Below are positions 9,298 to 16,999 of a stretch of 36,504 nt of DNA, one piece after another (the first letter of the stretch is position 1; each line of letters starts with the position of its first letter). The stretch spans positions 1 through 36,504 of the forward strand of contig JAPVWS010000049.1 of NCBI GenBank assembly GCA_027493295.1. Reading direction: 5' to 3'. A model generated the notes under the pieces. It did not search any database. It was given only the letters and a program-made list of their open reading frames with translations, and was not told where the DNA came from. This stretch comes from Candidatus Versatilivorator vitaminiformans. Its GTDB lineage: Bacteria > Acidobacteriota > Terriglobia > Versatilivoradales > Versatilivoraceae. Position numbers and translations under genes: made by a program.

Positions 9298-9445
9298 AAC
9301 GCTATTCTGTCAGACATTACTGCCCCGAGAGGAATGACCGTACCACCCGGTCTGTCAGCCACAGGGAAACGGGCTCGTGGAAGGATTCCTGAGGACACTG
9401 CTCAAGGAGCACATTCACGTCGAGAGTCCAGTGAAGATCCAATGA
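9298..9445 (+). pseudogene. Degenerate fragment of an IS481/rve-type DDE transposase
   Basis: 9356-9445 reads QPQGNGLVEGFLRTLLKEHIHVE, like the PQxNGxVERxxRTLLxE motif; NAILSD in another frame at 9298-9315. Confidence 0.5.
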
Positions 9446-9487
9446 ACCGTGGAAGTGGCTTTTCCCCTGAAACAGGTCATGGAGTTC

Positions 9488-9736
9488 TAGCCCGCATTTC
9501 TCACCAGTGGGCATGATCATGGCGCAGGAATTTTCCTTTCAGCGCGTGCTCCCGACCGAATAGCGTAGCGGTTTCTACGGTCGAGGGAGCATGTGCGCGC
9601 TGAAGGGAAAAGGACAATCCAGGGCATGCCCAGCGCCGTCTGTGATGCGCAAGCCTTTGACATTGAGCCAATCAAGGTGCTGAAGATAATCTACTTCTTG
9701 TAATGCCTCCAGCGGCCTGGTGAGAAATGCGGGCTA
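9488..9736. mobile_element. MITE-like element, 249 bp, with perfect 20-bp terminal inverted repeats
   Basis: TAGCCCGCATTTCTCACCAG (9488-9507) and its exact reverse complement (9717-9736); TA at both outer ends; long internal hairpin 9531-9611; no transposase. Confidence 0.8.
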
Positions 9737-9937
9737 ACCCGGGTTCACAACTCCAAGTGCCGTAGTTCCTCTCACAACCACTGGTCCAAGAACTCGGTCC
9801 GGTCAGGAACTCTCTCAGCTGACTCTCAAGTGTTTGTGATTGATCCAGGGTCCCAATGGAAATGGGTTGAAATCTCCAGGCGAGTTGCCAAAGATGTCAC
9901 GATCACTGTCCCAGGTAAAACCCGAAAGGAGGCGATC

Positions 9938-11656
9938 ATGCGATTCTGGCTGACTTGGACCTTGATCGCAGCCTTGGCGATTGTCAGTTGTCATTCAACC
10001 AACGACTATGCCGTGTTGATTCGTGGCGGTACGGTTTACGACGGGTCGGGAAACGCGCCGATTGTAACCGACATTGCCATCACAGGAGACACGATCGCTG
10101 CTATGGGCAATCTCGGGGAGGCCACTGCCGATCAGGTGATCGATGCTACGGACCTGGCTGTTGCGCCCGGATTCATCAACATGCTGAGCTGGGCCACTGA
10201 ATCCCTCATCATCGACGGTCGCAGCCAGGGAGATCTCCAGCAAGGCGTCACCCTCGAAGTATTCGGGGAGGGGAAGTCACTTGGGCCAATGAACGAGGCC
10301 ATGAAGCAGACATGGCGTGACCGTTTCTCCAGATATGTTGGGTCTGACGAGGAAGTATCCAGGCTGCTGGACAGTGACCAGGTCCCATGGACCACGTTGG
10401 GTGAGTACTTGGAGTTTCTGGAGGCAAAGGGAGTTTCCACGAATATCGCCTCGTTCGTGGGGGCTACATCGGTCCGTATTCATGAACTCGGCTACGAGGA
10501 CCGCCGGCCTTCTCCGAAGGAACTCAAGCGCATGATCGCGCTGGTCACCGAAGCCATGGAAGACGGCGCTTTGGGCCTTGGTTCTTCGCTCATCTACGCT
10601 CCGGCCTTCTATGCCGAGACTGACGAGTTGATCGCGCTCTCCGCCGAGGCGGCCAAGTTTGGAGGCATGTACATTTCTCATTTGAGAAGCGAGGGAGATC
10701 GCCTGATTGAGGCGCTCGATGAACTGCTTACGATTGCCGCGGAGGCCAACATTGCGGCCGAGATCTACCACCTCAAGATGAGCGGCGAGGAGAACTGGTC
10801 AAAGATCAAAGACGTGGTAGAGCGCATCGAAGCGGCCCAGGCAAAGGGCCTCCGCATCACGGCCAACATGTATACCTACACGGCCGGAGCCACCGGCTTG
10901 AACGCCGCGATGCCACCGTGGGTTCAGGAAGGCGGGTACGCGGCGTGGAGAGAACGGTTACAGGATTCGGAAACCCGCAACCGGGTGGAGCGCGAGATGC
11001 TGGGGCGATCCGACGATTGGGAGAACCTCTTGAGTGCGGCCGGCTCCGAAGGAACCCTTCTGACCAGGTTTTTGAATCCCGACCTGAAGAAATACAACGG
11101 GTGGACTCTCGCCGAGGTCGCCGCCGAGCGAGGGACATCCCCACAGCAAGCGGCTATAGATCTCGTGATCGAAGACGGCAGCCGCGTTGGGGTCGTGTAC
11201 TTCCTGATGTCCGAAGAAAACGTGAAGCGCCTCATTGCCTTGCCCTGGGTCTCTTTCGGATCGGACGGAGCGTCCATGTCGCCGGAACCACCATTCAACC
11301 GCTTCGGCACGCACCCGCGCGCCTACGGAAACTTCGCCCGACTTCTTGGGAAATACGTTCGTGAGGAGAATGTGATTGCTTTAGAAGAAGCGATCCGGCG
11401 ACTCACGACTCTCCCAGCCGGGAACCTCGGGATCGAGAGGCGTGGAAGCCTCACACCCGGTTTTTTTGCGGACATCGTCGTCTTCAACCCCGAGGGGATT
11501 GTGGACCATGCCACTTATGATGACCCACATCGGTTTTCGTCCGGCGTGATCCACGTTCTCGTCAACGGCCAGCCGGTCATCAAGGAGGGTGAGCACACCG
11601 GCGCAACTCCGGGCCGGGTGGTGCGGGGGCCAGGGTGGACGGGCGGCGACCTGTAG
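9938..11656 (+). CDS. N-acyl-D-amino-acid deacylase (D-aminoacylase, amidohydrolase family), probable lipoprotein
   Basis: AAGGAGG RBS before ATG 9938; signal MRFWLTWTLIAALAIVSC; IRGGTVYDGSG, APGFINMLSW, YISHLRSEG, EIYHLK, GSDG, HPRAYGNF, GFFADIVVF. Confidence 0.88.
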   Translation: MRFWLTWTLIAALAIVSCHSTNDYAVLIRGGTVYDGSGNAPIVTDIAITGDTIAAMGNLGEATADQVIDATDLAVAPGFINMLSWATESLIIDGRSQGDLQQGVTLEVFGEGKSLGPMNEAMKQTWRDRFSRYVGSDEEVSRLLDSDQVPWTTLGEYLEFLEAKGVSTNIASFVGATSVRIHELGYEDRRPSPKELKRMIALVTEAMEDGALGLGSSLIYAPAFYAETDELIALSAEAAKFGGMYISHLRSEGDRLIEALDELLTIAAEANIAAEIYHLKMSGEENWSKIKDVVERIEAAQAKGLRITANMYTYTAGATGLNAAMPPWVQEGGYAAWRERLQDSETRNRVEREMLGRSDDWENLLSAAGSEGTLLTRFLNPDLKKYNGWTLAEVAAERGTSPQQAAIDLVIEDGSRVGVVYFLMSEENVKRLIALPWVSFGSDGASMSPEPPFNRFGTHPRAYGNFARLLGKYVREENVIALEEAIRRLTTLPAGNLGIERRGSLTPGFFADIVVFNPEGIVDHATYDDPHRFSSGVIHVLVNGQPVIKEGEHTGATPGRVVRGPGWTGGDL

Positions 11657-11717
11657 CCCAGCTACGCACCTGCCCTGACGTTGCGCCGAATCCACGGTCA
11701 ACTCGGAAGGGGAAAAA

Positions 11718-11976
11718 GGGGACGTTGTTGAATTACTGGAATAACTCTCCCAGTTTCTTATTCCTGGCCGGCCGAAACGGCGAAGCAGATGCCTTCCCGA
11801 GCGCTTCGGCACAGTCGCAGGTACATCCAGGCGATTCGTCCTCAAAACGCGCCCGAATCATTGCACCAAGCAGTTGCCCCAACGGTATCCTGGAATTTTC
11901 CTCCGTTATTTGCTTCCTCTCCAGGTGTCGACAGAATCGTCAGACCGAGTAATTCCACTAATTCAACAACGTCCCC
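11718..11976. mobile_element. MITE/REPIN-like element, 259 bp, with 30-bp terminal inverted repeats
   Basis: GGGGACGTTGTTGAATTACTGGAATAACTC (11718-11747) versus the reverse complement of 11947-11976, 28/30 identical; no target duplication visible. Confidence 0.7.
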
Positions 11977-11987
11977 GATTGACTTCA

Positions 11988-12003
11988 TATCGAGAATGAA
12001 CAT
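11988..12003 (-). pseudogene. 5' stub of a vapC toxin gene (MFILD only)
   Basis: ATGTTCATTCTCGATA is identical to the first 16 nt of vapC at 621, with the same 9-bp spacing after the antitoxin; similarity then stops. Confidence 0.75.
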
Positions 12004-12012
12004 CCGCGAGCC

Positions 12013-12258
12013 TCAACTGAAGTCGGGTGGATCCCGCATCGGTTCATGCGGTGGCAGTTCCAGTTCCACACCGCCGTAGGGCTTAAAAAGTTCGTGTATC
12101 GTCGTCGCCAGCCCTTTGGACGGGGGCATTTCCTGGCCGACCGCCTCGCGCAGGATGACTCGCGCCTCCTCTTCCATGGAACGGCCGTTACCGGCGGCAC
12201 GTAAGCGTAGCCGGGTCTTCAGATCGTCGTCGAGATTGCGGATCGTGATGCTCGCCAC
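12013..12258 (-). CDS. Second FitA/StbC-like RHH antitoxin (orphan)
   Basis: About 80% identical to 369-611 by manual alignment; GTG start 12258 after GAGG (alternative start 12264). Confidence 0.88.
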   Translation of the reverse strand: MASITIRNLDDDLKTRLRLRAAGNGRSMEEEARVILREAVGQEMPPSKGLATTIHELFKPYGGVELELPPHEPMRDPPDFS

Positions 12259-12323
12259 TTTCACACCTCTAACACTTGACTGGGGTTATCCATGCCGTGG
12301 CGCTCTATCTCATTGGGAGACGG

Positions 12324-13166
12324 CTACACCCAGATTCCCAGGATCGCCATTCCGGCCAGGCCGACGAATACCAAAACGAATTTGAGGAAGCGGTCGGTGT
12401 CCTGTACCGGCATGGGCACGTCGTCTTTCCCGATCAGTGTGCTGCGAATGAAGTGCGCGACGCGGTCGTCGATCCTGGACATTTCCGCATTGATGACATC
12501 CAGAATGGCTACATAGATGAAGGTTCCCGCCGCCAGGGCGTTGAAACTCCCTTCGATCAGCTCTGCGGCCTGACCCTCGAGAAGGTTGGAAGCCACTGTC
12601 CCGAACAGGATTCCCAACGGAGTCATCGCGACGAAAATGGTCAGCACCGTCCAGAGGCGCCTCCGATCGGCGCCGGAAGCGCGGACGCTGACCATCAGGG
12701 CGAAGGCAGCCGAACCCTTGTGGAACAGGATGCCCAGCATAACCAGCACCGATGTGGCGACCTCGGCCTCGAGACCCAGGGCGGCGCCGGCGATGATGGA
12801 GTGGATGGAGAGAACTACAAGTAGAACCAGGGGATAAATCGGCTGACGGGTTTCCTTTTCCTCACCCGGCCGCGCGTAGCCCTCAAACAGAACACGGTCT
12901 ATGAGCAGCAGCAGGCCGACCCCCACTGCCGCCAGCAGTGGCGCAACGGGATACTCGAATGTCCCCTCAAAGGCCTCTCCCGCCTCGGGCAGCAGGTGGA
13001 TGAACCCCGCACCGAGGAAGATGCCGCCGGCCAGGGAGTTGCCTAGCGACAGGAATCTGCGGCTTCCGTGTTGACGTGCTGCCAACAGTGGAATGATTCC
13101 TCCCGCGATACCGACGGCAAGGATCGATAGAGCCGCAACGATTTTGATGGTGAGCAATGAGGTCAT
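12324..13166 (-). CDS. ZIP-family divalent metal transporter
   Basis: About 8 TM helices; AGGIFLGAGFIHLLPEA, SIHSIIAG, LFHKG, MTPLG, LAAGTFIYVA. Confidence 0.88.
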   Translation of the reverse strand: MTSLLTIKIVAALSILAVGIAGGIIPLLAARQHGSRRFLSLGNSLAGGIFLGAGFIHLLPEAGEAFEGTFEYPVAPLLAAVGVGLLLLIDRVLFEGYARPGEEKETRQPIYPLVLLVVLSIHSIIAGAALGLEAEVATSVLVMLGILFHKGSAAFALMVSVRASGADRRRLWTVLTIFVAMTPLGILFGTVASNLLEGQAAELIEGSFNALAAGTFIYVAILDVINAEMSRIDDRVAHFIRSTLIGKDDVPMPVQDTDRFLKFVLVFVGLAGMAILGIWV

Positions 13167-13396
13167 GATCGCTATCGTCCCCCTGTCCCAATGAATGCCC
13201 TCCAGAATGTCTCAAAGCCGGTTCAAGGGCGCAAGACAATTCTTGTTGAGCGCGGGACCGGGCGCCTCACAACAGGCTGGCAGCATTGGTGATGGGTGGT
13301 CTTCCGGAAGAGTCGGTAGTTCCGAGCGAGTCCGTCATTTCCGCCCCGAACACGGTCCTTGGAGTTGAACTTCCTTTGGGGAGTGGTTACTCGTGG

Positions 13397-13795
13397 TCAG
13401 GTTGGCTCGTCCTGGTCCGGGGCCGTCAACTGCTTCAGGAAAGATCGACCCTTGGCCTTCAGCTTCTTCTCCAGACGTTCGGTGCAGTCGCAGTCGGTGC
13501 AGGCCCAGGGCTCTTCGCCGTTCATGTCCCGGCAGCGGTTGCGGTCATGGGCGTCCTGCACCCTCTCCAGGTCGAAATACTCCTCCCAGTAGGGGCGTTC
13601 TTCCTGCAGGGGAGTCGGACAGAAGCAGACCTCGACCCAGCGGACCCGACCGTCAGCCGTCCTGCGCGCCTCTTCCATGTTTCGAAGATACTCGCCTCCG
13701 GCTACCGATCCGCGTCCCAGGGACTTGTCCTCGATGGCCTCAAGCAGGGGACGCTTTCGGTTCGACTTGAGTAGAGCAGTGACGAGGTATCTCAT
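13397..13795 (-). CDS. Cysteine-rich hypothetical protein (132 aa)
   Basis: Protein-like composition; EVCFCPTP, RCRD and ACTDCDCT. Confidence 0.7.
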   Translation of the reverse strand: MRYLVTALLKSNRKRPLLEAIEDKSLGRGSVAGGEYLRNMEEARRTADGRVRWVEVCFCPTPLQEERPYWEEYFDLERVQDAHDRNRCRDMNGEEPWACTDCDCTERLEKKLKAKGRSFLKQLTAPDQDEPT

Positions 13796-14029
13796 GGACG
13801 GATTACTTCGCTCCGTTCAGACAAGCTTCTTGAGGCGCTTTTCTGCCAAGTTTCAGGCTTCAAGACCGATTAACCCAATATTACGGAGTTTTGCGGAATT
13901 GGCAACACTCGCGGGAACGATGGCGGGAGTAGAGTGGGCGCCGGGTGGAAGGGTTGGCAGGCGCTGGTGGGTGAGGATTGGCAATCCGTTGCCGAGGTGA
14001 TTTCCGAGGTCATCTTTCCGGATCGCATG

Positions 14030-14710
14030 TTATCTCCCTAGCCGCATCATCTTGTTCCCACCCCTCTGGAACTCGTAGGAAACCGTTTCGATGCAGGCCC
14101 TAAACCCTTTTGACTTGAAGTACTCAATCACTCCCTGAACGTGAGGCGAGGGTGTACCGCCAACCTGCAGGAGGGGGAAGACACGTGCCTCTGAGGCTAC
14201 CCTAAGCATTTCTTGCAGAGCGCTGCAATGAAAGGTCAGATCGAACTGGGCGCTGTAAAGAAATAGAAAATGCGAGGATAACGCCAGTTCGTAGCTGCCG
14301 TCGCTAAAGGGCAAATAGGGCAGTGATGCATCCCGATATCGTCCTTCGATCTTACCTGTGGGAAAGTCGGAAAGGAACCTGCGCATAGCCAACATTCGTC
14401 TTCGCCCCAGTTCCTGAATGGACGGCACATGGGTCCAGACAAAATCCTGCTGATTATCACGCGCCTGCTTCATGACGACGTCGAAAGTTTCCTGCACCCG
14501 TCGCTGGATGGCTGCAGCGGAATACGAATACAGCGGATCGACGGAGACGACGGCACGGTCCAGGGCCGACATCTCCGCGTTGAAACTGGCCGGTCCGTCG
14601 CCACAGCCCAGGATTCGGCCGCCGAGATCACCTTCCGAGAGGTCGAACATCGCTCGATATTCGGCCAAGGTGCGCCCCCAGGGAATCACTCTGTCGATGG
14701 AGAAAGGCAT
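14030..14710 (-). CDS. Class I SAM-dependent methyltransferase
   Basis: ILGCGDGPASFN, VVSVDP, LPFSDGSYELALSSHFLF; start at ATG 14710. Confidence 0.85.
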   Translation of the reverse strand: MPFSIDRVIPWGRTLAEYRAMFDLSEGDLGGRILGCGDGPASFNAEMSALDRAVVSVDPLYSYSAAAIQRRVQETFDVVMKQARDNQQDFVWTHVPSIQELGRRRMLAMRRFLSDFPTGKIEGRYRDASLPYLPFSDGSYELALSSHFLFLYSAQFDLTFHCSALQEMLRVASEARVFPLLQVGGTPSPHVQGVIEYFKSKGFRACIETVSYEFQRGGNKMMRLGR

Positions 14711-14753
14711 GTCATGCCCCAGATCCGTTCTCAATGGACGCAGTGGGTAAAGT

Positions 14754-15049
14754 TCAAGCCTGTCTTACCGTTTTCCCCTGCGTTAGCAGGTCTCTCAACG
14801 TCTCGTAGACATCACGTCTCGGTCCGATGAAAACCACCGTTACCCCACGGGAATCGGGTCGGTAGATGATCCGGTGCCGTGCGACCGGGAGAAACCACAG
14901 GCCGGCAAGTTCGGCCACCGGAGGTTTCCCCTGAAACGGATGGTCTCGAGGATCATCCAAGGCGGTGCGGATTGCTTTCTTGGCGGTTGGATGAAGGTCC
15001 GCAAGACCTCTTGTGTGGATTGGGAAGCAGAAACCGAGGAAAGTCTTAA
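14754..15049 (-). pseudogene. RelE/ParE-family toxin, frameshifted and lacking a start codon
   Basis: LHPTAKKAIRTALD...GKP...ELAGLW...HRIIYR...IGPRRDVYE is RelE-like; the probable N-terminus (SVSASQSTQEVLRT) is in another frame with a shift near 14996. Confidence 0.65.
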
Positions 15050-15312
15050 TCCCCGAAAGCCTCTTCCACGCTCACAACCCGTCCGGCGGTGACCTCGTCC
15101 AGACCCCTTTGGATTCCATGAACCATCGCCGGATCGGAAAGAATGTCGATCGTCTCGCACAGGCCTGCGAAATCACGGTAGGGGAGCAAAACCGCCTTGG
15201 GCGCACCATTCTTGGTGATGACCACCTTGGCGTGCCGCTCTTCAATGCGGCGGAGTACGTTAAGGAGTTGCGACTTCGCCGTCGATACGGGGATATGCTC
15301 GTCAAAAGGCAT
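15046..15312 (-). CDS. Phd/YefM-family antitoxin
   Basis: IPVSTAKSQL...VVITKNGAPKAVLL...ETIDILSDP; directly upstream of the RelE-like sequence. Confidence 0.88.
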   Translation of the reverse strand: MPFDEHIPVSTAKSQLLNVLRRIEERHAKVVITKNGAPKAVLLPYRDFAGLCETIDILSDPAMVHGIQRGLDEVTAGRVVSVEEAFGD

Positions 15313-15319
15313 GGCAAAA

Positions 15320-15348
15320 ATAATGGCTGGAATTCTGACTCTTGTCAA
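15320..15348 (-). promoter_or_regulatory. Sigma70 promoter, probably giving a leaderless antitoxin mRNA
   Basis: TTGACA, 17 bp, CATTAT, then 7 nt to ATG 15312; no Shine-Dalgarno. Confidence 0.6.
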
Positions 15349-15444
15349 CGCGGCCCGATCGAGGATATTCCTCGCTGTTGGGCCCTTGCTGCTGCAGGAG
15401 TTCCTGCGCCCTGCGGACGCGTAGACGTGTCATCACACCCTCCA

Positions 15445-15474
15445 TTGACCCATCTTCTCCCTTGTCGCTATAGT
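15445..15474 (+). promoter_or_regulatory. Candidate sigma70 promoter upstream of the peptidase
   Basis: TTGACC, 18 bp, TATAGT. Confidence 0.45.
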
Positions 15475-15578
15475 GGACAGCCCGCGTGAGAGGAGGGGAG
15501 GAGCCTTTCCATCACTCTTCTCCGTCGCAATTCGGCTTGCCGTCAGGATAATCGTTCCGGCCAAGTCCTGCCGCAGCC

Positions 15579-16844
15579 GTGACGGATGCCCGCTCGAAAC
15601 ACTCCGACCCGGAAGAATTGACAGCCATGGCCTCGCCCGACGAAGAACGACTGAACCAGCTTCGCGAGTCCCTGGACGACACGGGACTGGACGCCCTGCT
15701 GTTGCTCTATCCGGACGACATCCTGATGGCCACCGGCATGCTGCCGGCGAGCACCCACGTGGCCGTCCTGGTGGACCGGGACGGACGGGTCAGTCTGCTG
15801 ACCCCCTGGTGGCGGGAATCCTTCGTGGCCGAGGAGAGCTGGGCCGATCGCATCGACTGCTTCGACTGGTGCAAGCGGGGCTGCCAGGTGGACCCCGACC
15901 AGGCTGTCATCGAGTGGCTTCGGACTCAGAGGTCAGGGCAGGGAATCGAAAGGGTCGGGGTCCATCTTGCGGTGCACCATTACGGTCCCAACAAGATGCC
16001 CTCGGAGTGTTTGACCTATGACACGATCAGGGCAGAGCTGCCTTTGATATTCCCCGTGGTTGAGGACGCCGGTGACCGCATCAATCAGCTCAAGTCGGTC
16101 AAGACCTCCAGGGAGGTCGGCAAGCTCAAGTTGGCTCACCAGGTGGTGCGAGCGGGAGCGCAGGCCTTCTACCAGTTGGCGCAGGCAGGCATTCGGGAAA
16201 CCGATCTGGCCACCGAGGTCCACTGCGCCGTCCTCAGGAAGGCGGCCTCCCTGGGAATCGACTATGTCTTTTGCGAGATGCCGCAGATTACCTCAGGTCC
16301 TGAGCGCACCGGGATAGCCGATACGCTTTCCAACCATCCCACCGCAAGGAGGCTGCAGCCGGGCGATCCGGTGCTGTTGGAGTTGGGCGCCCACGCCGAG
16401 GGGTACTGGGCAGACATTACTCGAGCCACGGTGGTCGGCGAACCGACCGAGTTGCTGCGGAGGCTGCACCAGGCCGTCCTGGACGCCCAAACAGCGGCAA
16501 TCGCGCGCTATGTCCCGGGAGAGAGCACGGGGGAACAACTCTGCGAGGCTTCCTGGCAAGCCATGCGAGAGGCCGGCTTCGAGCAGGGGATCACCCATTT
16601 TCTGGGCCATGGCCTGGGTTTTGCCTACCACGAGGACCGCCCCACCCTGGGTCCGGGCGAACAGCGACCGGTATTGCCCGGGCAGGTGACCTCGATCGAG
16701 CCCGGCCTTTACTGGCGGGAAGGCGGCCGTCCGGTAGCCGGCATCCGGGTTGAGGAAAACGTGGTATGGGGTTCCCGAGCCGGAGAAGTCGAGATCCTGT
16801 CCGACTATTACCGCGGGCTGGATCGTCAGGGCGGGGATTTTTGA
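15579..16844 (+). CDS. M24-family (Xaa-Pro peptidase/creatinase-like) metallohydrolase
   Basis: KSVKTSREV, GYWADITR, HFLGHGLGFAYHE, SIEPGLY, GIRVEENV; start could be ATG 15627. Confidence 0.85.
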   Translation: MTDARSKHSDPEELTAMASPDEERLNQLRESLDDTGLDALLLLYPDDILMATGMLPASTHVAVLVDRDGRVSLLTPWWRESFVAEESWADRIDCFDWCKRGCQVDPDQAVIEWLRTQRSGQGIERVGVHLAVHHYGPNKMPSECLTYDTIRAELPLIFPVVEDAGDRINQLKSVKTSREVGKLKLAHQVVRAGAQAFYQLAQAGIRETDLATEVHCAVLRKAASLGIDYVFCEMPQITSGPERTGIADTLSNHPTARRLQPGDPVLLELGAHAEGYWADITRATVVGEPTELLRRLHQAVLDAQTAAIARYVPGESTGEQLCEASWQAMREAGFEQGITHFLGHGLGFAYHEDRPTLGPGEQRPVLPGQVTSIEPGLYWREGGRPVAGIRVEENVVWGSRAGEVEILSDYYRGLDRQGGDF

Positions 16845-16928
16845 AGCCCGGACGCCCGACTGGTCTCGAGTCCCCGAAGTGCCCGCGAAAATGGTTGGGC
16901 CGGCATTGGAATCCGCGGGAAATTGGCG

Positions 16929-16957
16929 TTAACGGCGAAATGGCTGCCGTGTATAAT
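16929..16957 (+). promoter_or_regulatory. Candidate sigma70 promoter for acs
   Basis: TTAACG, 17 bp, perfect TATAAT, 42 bp before the start codon. Confidence 0.55.
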
Positions 16958-16999
16958 AGCGCCCCTGTTGGAACGGTCGTGTAACCATGAGGGGGTCTG

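Noticed and set aside
13170-13396. Possible metal riboswitch upstream of the ZIP gene
   Set aside because: Could not match yybP-ykoY or NiCo consensus by eye; only a short palindrome TCTTCCGGAAGA; an Rfam scan would decide
13840-13990. Recurrent TTGGCA motifs and GAGGATTGGCAA, reminiscent of CRISPR repeat ends or a sigma54 promoter
   Set aside because: No equal-length repeats with regular spacers, no cas genes, and TGGC-TTGC spacing is one base short for sigma54
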